A stretch of DNA of 64,000 nt from Auanema rhodensis. Taxonomy: Eukaryota > Animalia > Nematoda. Under the pieces are notes generated by a model that was given only the letters and a program-made list of their open reading frames with translations, did no database searches and was not told the DNA's origin. Numbering within the stretch: position 1 is the first letter of the stretch; each line of letters starts with the position of its first letter. Location of the stretch: the NCBI GenBank assembly GCA_964057225.1, contig OZ059900.1, forward strand, positions 25,916,001 to 25,980,000, given 5' to 3'. Position numbers and translations under genes: made by a program. Of the stretch, positions 1-12,900 are shown in pieces.

Positions 1-342
1 CTCATATGAACAAAAATCGATTTAATCAATATTAGCCATAAGGGGCGTGCCCTCAGAATATGCTGATTTCCTTAATTTTCTAACCCCTGTTTTTTTGTCG
101 TGAAAGTGGAACTAGACGTTGTACGAACAATTTTGAGCTAGGTTTCATTGACATTGCATGAGTTTGAACACATGAAATCGTAAGTCAAAACCTTGTTTAC
201 AGCGAAATTTCCAAAAACTGGTTTTCCAGCATAATACAATATTTCTCATGGGAAATACTGTGTTTTTGTATTTTTCTAGTGTTCAGAATGTAGAATGCTT
301 CATTTTAGTATGTAACACGCTGAAATTCGTTGCATTTGACGA

Positions 343-684
343 CTCATATGAACAAAAATCGATTTAATCAATATTAGCCATAAGGGGCGTGCCCTCAGAA
401 TATGCTAATTTCCTTAATTTTCTAACCCCTGTTTTTTTGTCGTGAAAGTGGAACTAGACGTTGTACGAACAATTTTGAGCTAGGTTTCATTGACATTGCA
501 TGAGTTTGAACACATGAAATCGTAAGTCAAAACCTTGTTTACAGCGAAATTTCCAAAAACTGGTTTTCCAGCATAATAAAATATTTCTCATGGGAAATAC
601 TGTGTTTTTGTATTTTTCTAGTGTTCAGCATGTTAAATGCTTCATTTTAGTATGTAACACGCTGAAATTCGTTGCATTTGACGA
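343..684. repeat. Representative near-consensus 342-bp monomer
   Basis: Runs from CTCATATGAAC to GCATTTGACGA. About 116/342 G+C by hand count of the consensus. Many A/T tracts and one GC-rich patch (AGGGGCGTGCCCT). NdeI CATATG occurs once per monomer; ClaI ATCGAT is present in most monomers. Confidence 0.97.
373..409. other. Imperfect inverted repeat in each monomer: ATTAGC-C-ATA-AGGG-GCGTG-CCCT-CAGAA-TAT-GCTAAT
   Basis: Nested complementary arms ATTAGC/GCTAAT, ATA/TAT and AGGG/CCCT surround the only GC-rich patch of the monomer. Confidence 0.7.
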
Positions 685-3078
685 CTCATATGAACAAAAA
701 TCGATTTAATCAATATTAGCCATAAGGGGCGTGCCCTCAGAATATGCTAATTTCCTTAATTTTCTAACCCCTGTTTTTTTGTCGTGAAAGTGGAACTAGA
801 CGTTGTACGAACAATTTTGAGCTAGGTTTCATTGACATTGCATGAGTTTGAACACATGAAATCGTAAGTCAAAACCTTGTTTACAGCGAAATTTCCAAAA
901 ACTGGTTTTCCAGCATAATAAAATATTTCTCATGGGAAATACTGTGTTTTTGTATTTTTTTAGTGTTCAGCATGTAAAATTCGTCATTTTAGTATGTAAA
1001 ACGCTGAAATTCGTTGCATTTGACGACTCATATGAACAAAAATCGATTTTATCAATATTAGCCATAAGGGGTGTGCCCTCAGAATATGCTGATTTCCTTA
1101 ATTTTCTAACCCCTGTTTTTTTGTCGTGAAAGTGGAACTAGACGTTGTACGAACAATTTTGAGCTAGGTTTCATTGACATTGCTTGAGTTTGAACACATG
1201 AAATCGTAAGTCAAAACCTTGTTTACAGCGAAATTTCCAAAAACTGGTTTTCCAGCATAATACAATATTTCTCATGGGAAATACTGTGTTTTTGTATTTT
1301 TCTAGTGTTCAGAATGTAGAATGCTTCATTTTAGTATGTAACACGCTGAAATTCGTTGCATTTGACGACTCATATGAACAAAAATCGATTTAATCAATAT
1401 TAGCCATAAGGGGCGTGCCCTCAGAATATGCTAATTTCCTTAATTTTCTAACCCCTGTTTTTTTGTCGTGAAAGTGGAACTAGACGTTGTACGAACAATT
1501 TTGAGCTAGGTTTCATTGACATTGCATGAGTTTGAACACATGAAATCGTAAGTCAAAACCTTGTTTACAGCGAAATTTCCAAAAACTGGTTTTCCAGCAT
1601 AATAAAATATTTCTCATGGGAAATACTGTGTTTTTGTATTTTTCTAGTGTTCAGCATGTTAAATGCTTCATTTTAGTATGTAACACGCTGAAATTCCTTG
1701 CATTTGACGACTCATATGAACAAAAATCGATTTAATCAATATTAGCCATAAGGGGCGTGCCCTCAGAATATGCTAATTTCCTTAATTTTCTAACCCCTGT
1801 TTTTTTGTCGTGAAAGTGGAACTAGACGTTGTACGAACAATTTTGAGCTAGGTTTCATTGACATTGCATGAGTTTGAACACATGAAATCGTAAGTCAAAA
1901 CCTTGTTTACAGCGAAATTTCCAAAAACTGGTTTTCCAGCATAATAAAATATTTCTCATGGGAAATACTGTGTTTTTGTATTTTTTTAGTGTTCAGCATG
2001 TAAAATGCGTCATTTGAGTATGTAAAACGCTGAAATTCGTTGCATTTGACGACTCATATGAACAAAAAGCGATTTAATCAATATTAGCCATAAGGGGCGT
2101 GCCCTCAGAATATGCTAATTTCCTTAATTTTCTAACCCCTGTTTTTTTGTCGTGAAAGTGGAACTAGACGTTGTACGAACAATTTTGAGCTAGGTTTCAT
2201 TGACATTGCATGAGTTTGAACACATGAAATCGTAAGTCAAAACCTTGTTTACAGCGAAATTTCCAAAAACTGGTTTTCCAGCATAATAAAATATTTCTCA
2301 TGGGAAATACTGTGTTTTTGTATTTTTCTAGTGTTCAGCATGTAAAATGCTTCATTTTAGTATGTAACACGCTGAAATTCCTTGCATTTGACGACTCATA
2401 TGAACAAAAATCGATTTAATCAATATTAGCCATAAGGGGCGTGCCCTCAGAATATGCTAATTTCCTTAATTTTCTAACCCCTGTTTTTTTGTCGTGAAAG
2501 TGGAACTAGACGTTGTACGAACAATTTTGAGCTAGGTTTCATTGACATTGCATGAGTTTGAACACATGAAATCGTAAGTCAAAACCTTGTTTACAGCGAA
2601 ATTTCCAAAAACTGGTTTTCCAGCATAATAAAATATTTCTCATGGGAAATACTGTGTTTTTGTATTTTTCTAGTGTTCAGCATGTAAAATGCTTCATTTT
2701 AGTATGTAACACGCTGAAATTCGTTGCATTTGACGACTCATATGAACAAAAATCGATTTAATCAATATTAGCCATAAGGGGCGTGCCCTCAGAATATGCT
2801 AATTTCCTTAATTTTCTAACCCCTGTTTTTTTGTCGTGAAAGTGGAACTAGACGTTGTACGAACAATTTTGAGCTAGGTTTCATTGACCTTGCATGAGTT
2901 TGAACACATGAAATCGTAAGTCAAAACCTTGTTTACAGCGAAATTTCCAAAAACTGGTTTTCCAGCATAATAAAATATTTCTCATGGGAAATACTGTGTT
3001 TTTGTATTTTTCTAGTGTTTAGCATGTAAAATGCTTCATTTTAGTATGTAACACGCTGAAATTCGTTGCATTTGACGA

Positions 3079-6000
3079 CTCATATGAACAAAAATCGATT
3101 TAATCAATATTAGCCATAAGGGGCGTGCCCTCAGAATATGCTAATTTCCTTAATTTTCTAACCCCTGTTTTTTTGTCGTGAAAGTGGAACTAGACGTTGT
3201 ACGAACAATTTTGAGCTAGGTTTCATTGACATTGCATGAGTTTGAACACATGAAATCGTAAGTCAAAACCTTGTTTACAGCGAAATTTCCAAAAACTGGT
3301 TTTCCAGCATAATAAAATATTTCTCATGGGAAATACTGTGTTTTTGTATTTTTTTAGTGTTCAGCATGTAAAATGCGTCATTTCAGTATGTAAAACGCTG
3401 AAATTCGTTGCATTTGACGACTCATATGAACAAAAAGCGATTTAATCAATATTAGCCATAAGGGGCGTGCCCTCAGAATATGCTAATTTCCTTAATTTTC
3501 TAACCCCTGTTTTTTTGTCGTGAAAGTGGAACTAGACGTTGTACGAACAATTTTGAGCTAGGTTTCATTGACATTGCATGAGTTTGAACACATGAAATCG
3601 TAAGTCAAAACCTTGTTTACAGCGAAATTTCCAAAAACTGGTTTTCCAGCATAATAAAATATTTCTCATGGGAAATACTGTGTTTTTGTATTTTTTTAGT
3701 GTTCAGCATGTAAAATGCGTCATTTTAGTATGTAAAACGCTGAAATTCGTTGCATTTGACGACTCATATGAACAAAAATCGATTTAATCAATATTAGCCA
3801 TAAGGGGCGTGCCCTCAGAATATGCTGATTTCCTTAATTTTCTAACCCCTGTTTTTTTGTCGTGAAAGTGGAACTAGACGTTGTACGAACAATTTTGAGC
3901 TAGGTTTCATTGACATTGCATGAGTTTGAACACATGAAATCGTAAGTCAAAACCTTGTTTACAGCGAAATTTCCAAAAACTGGTTTTCCAGCATAATACA
4001 ATATTTCTCATGGGAAATACTGTGTTTTTGTATTTTTCTAGTGTTCAGAATGTAGAATGCTTCATTTTAGTATGTAACACGCTGAAATTCGTTGCATTTG
4101 ACGACTCATATGAACAAAAATCGATTTAATCAATATTAGCCATAAGGGGCGTGCCCTCAGAATATGCTAATTTCCTTAATTTTCTAACCCCTGTTTTTTT
4201 GTCGTGAAAGTGGAACTAGACGTTGTACGAACAATTTTGAGCTAGGTTTCATTGACATTGCATGAGTTTGAACACATGAAATCGTAAGTCAAAACCTTGT
4301 TTACAGCGAAATTTCCAAAAACTGGTTTTCCAGCATAATAAAATATTTCTCATGGGAAATACTGTGTTTTTGTATTTTTCTAGTGTTCAGCATGTTAAAT
4401 GCTTCATTTTAGTATGTAACACGCTGAAATTCGTTGCATTTGACGACTCATATGAACAAAAATCGATTTAATCAATATTAGCCATAAGGGGCGTGCCCTC
4501 AGAATATGCTAATTTCCTTAATTTTCTAACCCCTGTTTTTTTGTCGTGAAAGTGGAACTAGACGTTGTACGAACAATTTTGAGCTAGGTTTCATTGACAT
4601 TGCATGAGTTTGAACACATGAAATCGTAAGTCAAAACCTTGTTTACAGCGAAATTTCCAAAAACTGGTTTTCCAGCATAATAAAATATTTCTCATGGGAA
4701 ATACTGTGTTTTTGTATTTTTTTAGTGTTCAGCATGTAAAATTCGTCATTTTAGTATGTAAAACGCTGAAATTCGTTGCATTTGACGACTCATATGAACA
4801 AAAATCGATTTTATCAATATTAGCCATAAGGGGTGTGCCCTCAGAATATGCTGATTTCCTTAATTTTCTAACCCCTGTTTTTTTGTCGTGAAAGTGGAAC
4901 TAGACGTTGTACGAACAATTTTGAGCTAGGTTTCATTGACATTGCTTGAGTTTGAACACATGAAATCGTAAGTCAAAACCTTGTTTACAGCGAAATTTCC
5001 AAAAACTGGTTTTCCAGCATAATACAATATTTCTCATGGGAAATACTGTGTTTTTGTATTTTTCTAGTGTTCAGAATGTAGAATGCTTCATTTTAGTATG
5101 TAACACGCTGAAATTCGTTGCATTTGACGACTCATATGAACAAAAATCGATTTAATCAATATTAGCCATAAGGGGCGTGCCCTCAGAATATGCTAATTTC
5201 CTTAATTTTCTAACCCCTGTTTTTTTGTCGTGAAAGTGGAACTAGACGTTGTACGAACAATTTTGAGCTAGGTTTCATTGACATTGCATGAGTTTGAACA
5301 CATGAAATCGTAAGTCAAAACCTTGTTTACAGCGAAATTTCCAAAAACTGGTTTTCCAGCATAATAAAATATTTCTCATGGGAAATACTGTGTTTTTGTA
5401 TTTTTCTAGTGTTCAGCATGTTAAATGCTTCATTTTAGTATGTAACACGCTGAAATTCCTTGCATTTGACGACTCATATGAACAAAAATCGATTTAATCA
5501 ATATTAGCCATAAGGGGCGTGCCCTCAGAATATGCTAATTTCCTTAATTTTCTAACCCCTGTTTTTTTGTCGTGAAAGTGGAACTAGACGTTGTACGAAC
5601 AATTTTGAGCTAGGTTTCATTGACATTGCATGAGTTTGAACACATGAAATCGTAAGTCAAAACCTTGTTTACAGCGAAATTTCCAAAAACTGGTTTTCCA
5701 GCATAATAAAATATTTCTCATGGGAAATACTGTGTTTTTGTATTTTTTTAGTGTTCAGCATGTAAAATGCGTCATTTCAGTATGTAAAACGCTGAAATTC
5801 GTTGCATTTGACGACTCATATGAACAAAAAGCGATTTAATCAATATTAGCCATAAGGGGCGTGCCCTCAGAATATGCTAATTTCCTTAATTTTCTAACCC
5901 CTGTTTTTTTGTCGTGAAAGTGGAACTAGACGTTGTACGAACAATTTTGAGCTAGGTTTCATTGACATTGCATGAGTTTGAACACATGAAATCGTAAGTC

Positions 6001-7866
6001 AAAACCTTGTTTACAGCGAAATTTCCAAAAACTGGTTTTCCAGCATAATAAAATATTTCTCATGGGAAATACTGTGTTTTTGTATTTTTTTAGTGTTCAG
6101 CATGTAAAATGCGTCATTTTAGTATGTAAAACGCTGAAATTCGTTGCATTTGACGACTCATATGAACAAAAATCGATTTAATCAATATTAGCCATAAGGG
6201 GCGTGCCCTCAGAATATGCTGATTTCCTTAATTTTCTAACCCCTGTTTTTTTGTCGTGAAAGTGGAACTAGACGTTGTACGAACAATTTTGAGCTAGGTT
6301 TCATTGACATTGCATGAGTTTGAACACATGAAATCGTAAGTCAAAACCTTGTTTACAGCGAAATTTCCAAAAACTGGTTTTCCAGCATAATACAATATTT
6401 CTCATGGGAAATACTGTGTTTTTGTATTTTTCTTGTGTTCAGAATGTAGAATGCTTCATTTTAGTATGTAACACGCTGAAATTCGTTGCATTTGACGACT
6501 CATATGAACAAAAATCGATTTAATCAATATTAGCCATAAGGGGCGTGCCCTCAGAATATGCTAATTTCCTTAATTTTCTAACCCCTGTTTTTTTGTCGTG
6601 AAAGTGGAACTAGACGTTGTACGAACAATTTTGAGCTAGGTTTCATTGACATTGCATGAGTTTGAACACATGAAATCGTAAGTCAAAACCTTGTTTACAG
6701 CGAAATTTCCAAAAACTGGTTTTCCAGCATAATAAAATATTTCTCATGGGAAATACTGTGTTTTTGTATTTTTCTAGTGTTCAGCATGTTAAATGCTTCA
6801 TTTTAGTATGTAACACGCTGAAATTCGTTGCATTTGACGACTCATATGAACAAAAATCGATTTAATCAATATTAGCCATAAGGGGCGTGCCCTCAGAATA
6901 TGCTAATTTCCTTAATTTTCTAACCCCTGTTTTTTTGTCGTGAAAGTGGAACTAGACGTTGTACGAACAATTTTGAGCTAGGTTTCATTGACATTGCATG
7001 AGTTTGAACACATGAAATCGTAAGTCAAAACCTTGTTTACAGCGAAATTTCCAAAAACTGGTTTTCCAGCATAATAAAATATTTCTCATGGGAAATACTG
7101 TGTTTTTGTATTTTTTTAGTGTTCAGCATGTAAAATTCGTCATTTTAGTATGTAAAACGCTGAAATTCGTTGCATTTGACGACTCATATGAACAAAAATC
7201 GATTTTATCAATATTAGCCATAAGGGGTGTGCCCTCAGAATATGCTGATTTCCTTAATTTTCTAACCCCTGTTTTTTTGTCGTGAAAGTGGAACTAGACG
7301 TTGTACGAACAATTTTGAGCTAGGTTTCATTGACATTGCATGAGTTTGAACACATGAAATCGTAAGTCAAAACCTTGTTTACAGCGAAATTTCCAAAAAC
7401 TGGTTTTCCAGCATAATACAATATTTCTCATGGGAAATACTGTGTTTTTGTATTTTTCTAGTGTTCAGAATGTAGAATGCTTCATTTTAGTATGTAACAC
7501 GCTGAAATTCGTTGCATTTGACGACTCATATGAACAAAAATCGATTTAATCAATATTAGCCATAAGGGGCGTGCCCTCAGAATATGCTAATTTCCTTAAT
7601 TTTCTAACCCCTGTTTTTTTGTCGTGAAAGTGGAACTAGACGTTGTACGAACAATTTTGAGCTAGGTTTCATTGACATTGCATGAGTTTGAACACATGAA
7701 ATCGTAAGTCAAAACCTTGTTTACAGCGAAATTTCCAAAAACTGGTTTTCCAGCATAATAAAATATTTCTCATGGGAAATACTGTGTTTTTGTATTTTTC
7801 TAGTGTTCAGCATGTTAAATGCTTCATTTTAGTATGTAACACGCTGAAATTCCTTGCATTTGACGA
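3079..7866. repeat. 7-mer HOR (2394 bp) x2, with a related earlier copy at ~1-2100
   Basis: A diagnostic monomer (AAATTCGTC, GGTGTG, GCTGAT) gives ORFs at 932, 4694 and 7088, i.e. offsets of 3762 = 11x342 and 2394 = 7x342. Flanking monomer types recur in the same order. Confidence 0.9.
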
Positions 7867-9944
7867 CTCATATGAACAAAAATCGATTTAATCAATATTA
7901 GCCATAAGGGGCGTGCCCTCAGAATATGCTAATTTCCTTAATTTTCTAACCCCTGTTTTTTTGTCGTGAAAGTGGAACTAGACGTTGTACGAACAATTTT
8001 GAGCTAGGTTTCATTGACATTGCATGAGTTTGAACACATGAAATCGTAAGTCAAAACCTTGTTTACAGCGAAATTTCCAAAAACTGGTTTTCCAGCATAA
8101 TAAAATATTTCTCATGGGAAATACTGTGTTTTTGTATTTTTCTAGTGTTCAGCATGTAAAATGCTTCATTTTAGTATGTAACACGCTGAAATTCGTTGCA
8201 TTTGACGACTCATATGAACAAAAATCGATTTAATCAATATTAGCCATAAGGGGCGTGCCCTCAGAATATGCTAATTTCCTTAATTTTCTAACCCCTGTTT
8301 TTTTGTCGTGAAAGTGGAACTAGACGTTGTACGAACAATTTTGAGCTAGGTTTCATTGACATTGCATCAGTTTGAACACATGAAATCGTAAGTCAAAACC
8401 TTGTTTACAGCGAAATTTCCAAAAACTGGTTTTCCAGCATAATAAAATATTTCTCATGGGAAATACTGTGTTTTTGTATTTTTCTAGTGTTCAGCATGTA
8501 AAATGCTTCATTTTAGTATGTAACACGCTGAAATTCGTTGCATTTGACGACTCATATGAACAAAAATCGATTTAATCAATATTAGCCATAAGGGGCGTGC
8601 CCTCAGAATATGCTAATTTCCTTAATTTTCTAACCCCTGTTTTTTTGTCGTGAAAGTGGAACTAGACGTTGTACGAACAATTTTGAGCTAGGTTTCATTG
8701 ACATTGCATGAGTTTGAACACATGAAATCGTAAGTCAAAACCTTGTTTACAGCGAAATTTCCAAAAACTGGTTTTCCAGCATAATAAAATATTTCTCATG
8801 GGAAATACTGTGTTTTTGTATTTTTCTAGTGTTCAGCAGGTAAAATGCTTCATTTTAGTATGTAACACGCTGAAATTCGTTGCATTTGACGACTCATATG
8901 AACAAAAATCGATTTAATCAATATTAGCCATAAGGGGCGTGCCCTCAGAATATGCTAATTTCCTTAATTTTCTAACCCCTGTTTTTTTGTCGTGAAAGTG
9001 GAACTAGACGTTGTACGAACAATTTTGAGCTAGGTTTCATTGACATTGCATGAGTTTGAACACATGAAATCGTAAGTCAAAACCTTGTTTACAGCGAAAT
9101 TTCCAAAAACTGGTTTTCCAGCATAATAAAATATTTCTCATGGGAAAAACTGTGTTTTTGTATTTTTCTAGTGTTCAGCATGTAAAATGCTTCATTTTAG
9201 TATGTAACACGCTGAAATTTGTTGCATTTGACGACTCATATGAACAAAAATCGATTTAATCAATATTAGCCATAAGGGGCGTGCCCTCAGAATATGCTAA
9301 TTTCCTTAATTTTCTAACCCCTGTTTTTTTGTCGTGAAAGTGGAACTAGACGTTGTACGAACAATTTTGAGCTAGGTTTCATTGACATTGCATGAGTTTG
9401 AACACATGAAATCGTAAGTCAAAACCTTGTTCACAGCGAAATTTCCAAAAACTGGTTTTCCAGCATAATAAAATATTTCTCAAGGGAAAAACTGTGTTTT
9501 TATATTTTTCCAGTGTTCAGCATGTGAAATGCTTTATTTTAGTATGTAACACGCTGAAATTTGTTGCATTTGACGACTCATATGAACAAAAATCGATTTA
9601 ATCAATATTAGCCATAAGGGGCGTGCCCTCAGAATATGCTAATTTCCTTAATTTTCTAAACCCTGTTTTTTTGTCGTGAAAGTGGAACTAGACGTTGTAC
9701 GAACAATTTTGAGCTAGGTTTCATTGACATTGCATGAGTTTGAACACATGAAATCGTAAGTCAAAACCTTGTTTACAGCGAAATTTCCAAAAACTGGTTT
9801 TCCAGCATAATACAATATTTCTCATGGGAAATACTGTGTTTTTGTATTTTTCTAGTGTTCAGAATGTAGAATGCTTCATTTTGATATGTAAAACGCTGAA
9901 ATTCGTTGCATTTGACGACTCATATGAACAAAAATCGATTTTAT

Positions 9945-12900
9945 CAATATTAGCCATAAGGGGCGTGCCCTCAGAATATGCTAATTTCCTTAATTTTCTA
10001 AACCCTGTTTTTTTGTCGTGAAAGTGGAACTAGACGTTGTACGAACAATTTTGAGCTAGGTTTCATTGACATTGCATGAGTTTGAACACATGAAATCGTA
10101 AGTCAAAACCTTGTTTACAGCGAAATTTCCAAAAACTGGTTTTCCAGCATAATACAATATTTCTCATGGGAAATACTGTGTTTTTGTATTTTTCTAGTGT
10201 TCAGAATGTAGAATGCTTCATTTTGATATGTAAAACGCTGAAATTCGTTGCATTTGACGACTCATATGAACAAAAATCGATTTTATCAATATTAGCCATA
10301 AGGGGCGTGCCCTCAGAATATGCTAATTTCCTTAATTTTCTAAACCCTGTTTTTTTGTCGTGAAAGTGGAACTAGACGTTGTACGAACAATTTTGAGCTA
10401 GGTTTCATTGACATTGCATGAGTTTGAACACATGAAATCGTAAGTCAAAACCTTGTTTACAGCGAAATTTCCAAAAACTGGTTTTCCAGCATAATACAAT
10501 ATTTCTCATGGGAAATACTGTGTTTTTGTATTTTTCTAGTGTTCAGAATGTAGAATGCTTCATTTTGATATGTAAAACGCTGAAATTCGTTGCATTTGAC
10601 GACTCATATGAACAAAAATGGATTTAATCAATATTAGCCATAAGGGGCGTGCCCTCAGAATATGCTAATTTCCTTAATTTTCTAAACCCTGTTTTTTTGT
10701 CGTGAAAGTGGAACTAGACGTTGTACGAACAATTTTGAGCTAGGTTTCATTGACATTGCATGAGTTTGAACACATGAATTCGTAAGTCAAAACCTTGTTT
10801 ACAGCGAAATTTCCAAAAACTGGTTTTCCAGCATAATAAAATATTTCTCATGGGAAAAACTGTGTTTTTGTATTTTTCTAGTGTTCAGCATGTAAAATGC
10901 TTCATTTTAGTATGTAACACACTGAAATTTGTTGCATTTGACGACTCATATGAACAAAAATTGATTTAATCAATATTAGTCATAAGGGGCGTGCCCTCAG
11001 AATATGCTAATTTCCTTAATTTTCTAACCCCTGTTTTTTTGTCGTGAAAGTGGAACTAGACGTTATACGAACAATTTTGAGCTAGGTTTCATTGACATTG
11101 CATGAGTTTGAACACATGAAATCGTAAGTCAAAACCTTGTTTACAGCGAAATTTCCAAAAACTGGTTTTCCAGCATAATAAAATATTTCTCATGGGAAAT
11201 ACTGTGTTTTTGTATTTTTCTAGTGTTCAGCATGTAAAATGCTTCATTTTAGTATGTAACACGCTGAAATTCGTTGCATTTGACGACTCATATGAACAAA
11301 AATCGATTTAATCAATATTAGCCATAAGGGGCGTGCCCTCAGAATATGCTAATTTCCTTAATTTTCTAACCCCTGTTTTTTTGTCGTGAAAGTGGAACTA
11401 GACGTTGTACGAACAATTTTGAGCTAGGTTTCATTGACATTGCATGAGTTTGAACACATGAAATCGTAAGTCAAAACCTTGTTTACAGCGAAATTTCCAA
11501 AAACTGGTTTTCCAGCATAATAAAATATTTCTCATGGGAAATACTGTGTTTTTGTATTTTTCTAGTGTTCAGCATGTAAAATGCTTCATTTTAGTATGTA
11601 ACACGCTGAAATTCGTTGCATTTGACGACTCATATGAACAAAAATTGATTTAATCAATATTAGTCATAAGGGGCGTGCCCTCAGAATATGCTAATTTCCT
11701 TAATTTTCTAACCCCTGTTTTTTTGTCGTGAAAGTGGAACTAGACGTTGTACGAACAATTTTGAGCTAGGTTTCATTGACCTTGCATGAGTTTGAACACA
11801 TGAAATCGTAAGTCAAAACCTTGTTTACAGCGAAATTTCCAAAAACTGGTTTTCCAGCATAATAAAATATTTCTCATGGGAAATACTGTGTTTTTGTATT
11901 TTTCTAGTGTTTAGCATGTAAAATGCTTCATTTTAGTATGTAACACGCTGAAATTCGTTGCATTTGACGACTCATATGAACAAAAATCGATTTAATCAAT
12001 ATTAGTCATAAGGGGCGTGCCCTCAGAATATGCTAATTTCCTTAATTTTCTAACCCCTGTTTTTTTGTCGTGAAAGTGGAACTAGACGTTGTACGAACAA
12101 TTTTGAGCTAGGTTTCATTGACATTGCATGAGTTTGAACACATGAAATCGTAAGTCAAAACCTTGTTTACAGCGAAATTTCCAAAAACTGGTTTTCCAGC
12201 ATAATAAAATATTTCTCATGGGAAATACTGTGTTTTTGTATTTTTCTAGTGTTCAGCATGTAAAATGCTTCATTTTAGTATGTAACACGCTGAAATTCGT
12301 TGCATTTGACGACTCATATGAACAAAAATCGATTTAATCAATATTAGCCATAAGGGGCGTGCCCTCAGAATATGCTAATTTCCTTAATTTTCTAACCCCT
12401 GTTTTTTTGTCGTGAAAGTGGAACTAGACGTTGTACGAACAATTTTGAGCTAGGTTTCATTGACCTTGCATGAGTTTGAACACATGAAATCGTAAGTCAA
12501 AACCTTGTTTACAGCGAAATTTCCAAAAACTGGTTTTCCAGCATAATAAAATATTTCTCATGGGAAATACTGTGTTTTTGTATTTTTCTAGTGTTTAGCA
12601 TGTAAAATGCTTCATTTTAGTATGTAACACGCTGAAATTCGTTGCATTTGACGACTCATATGAACAAAAATCGATTTAATCAATATTAGCCATAAGGGGC
12701 GTGCCCTCAGAATATGCTAATTTCCTTAATTTTCTAAACCCTGTTTTTTTGTCGTGAAAGTGGAACTAGACGTTGTACGAACAATTTTGAGCTAGGTTTC
12801 ATTGACATTGCATGAGTTTGAACACATGAAATCGTAAGTCAAAACCTTGTTTACAGCGAAATTTCCAAAAACTGGTTTTCCAGCATAATACAATATTTCT

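Noticed and set aside
325-341. CENP-B-box-like motif ATTCGTTGCATTTGACG
   Set aside because: It shares TTCGTTG and the central A with CTTCGTTGGAAACGGGA but lacks the essential CGGG, and its CpG is mutated in several monomers.
343-684. Primate alpha-satellite dimer (2x171 bp)
   Set aside because: Only the length coincides. I recognise no alpha-satellite sequence motifs.
343-684. Tandem 5S rRNA, tRNA, snRNA or spliced-leader gene array
   Set aside because: I found no recognisable 5S, tRNA or SL sequence, cloverleaf, or Pol III A/B/C boxes. The T7 tract alone is insufficient. An Rfam/Infernal scan would confirm this.
10000-10010. Telomere-like CTAACCC / CTAAACCCT motif
   Set aside because: It occurs as a single non-tandem copy per monomer, which is expected by chance.
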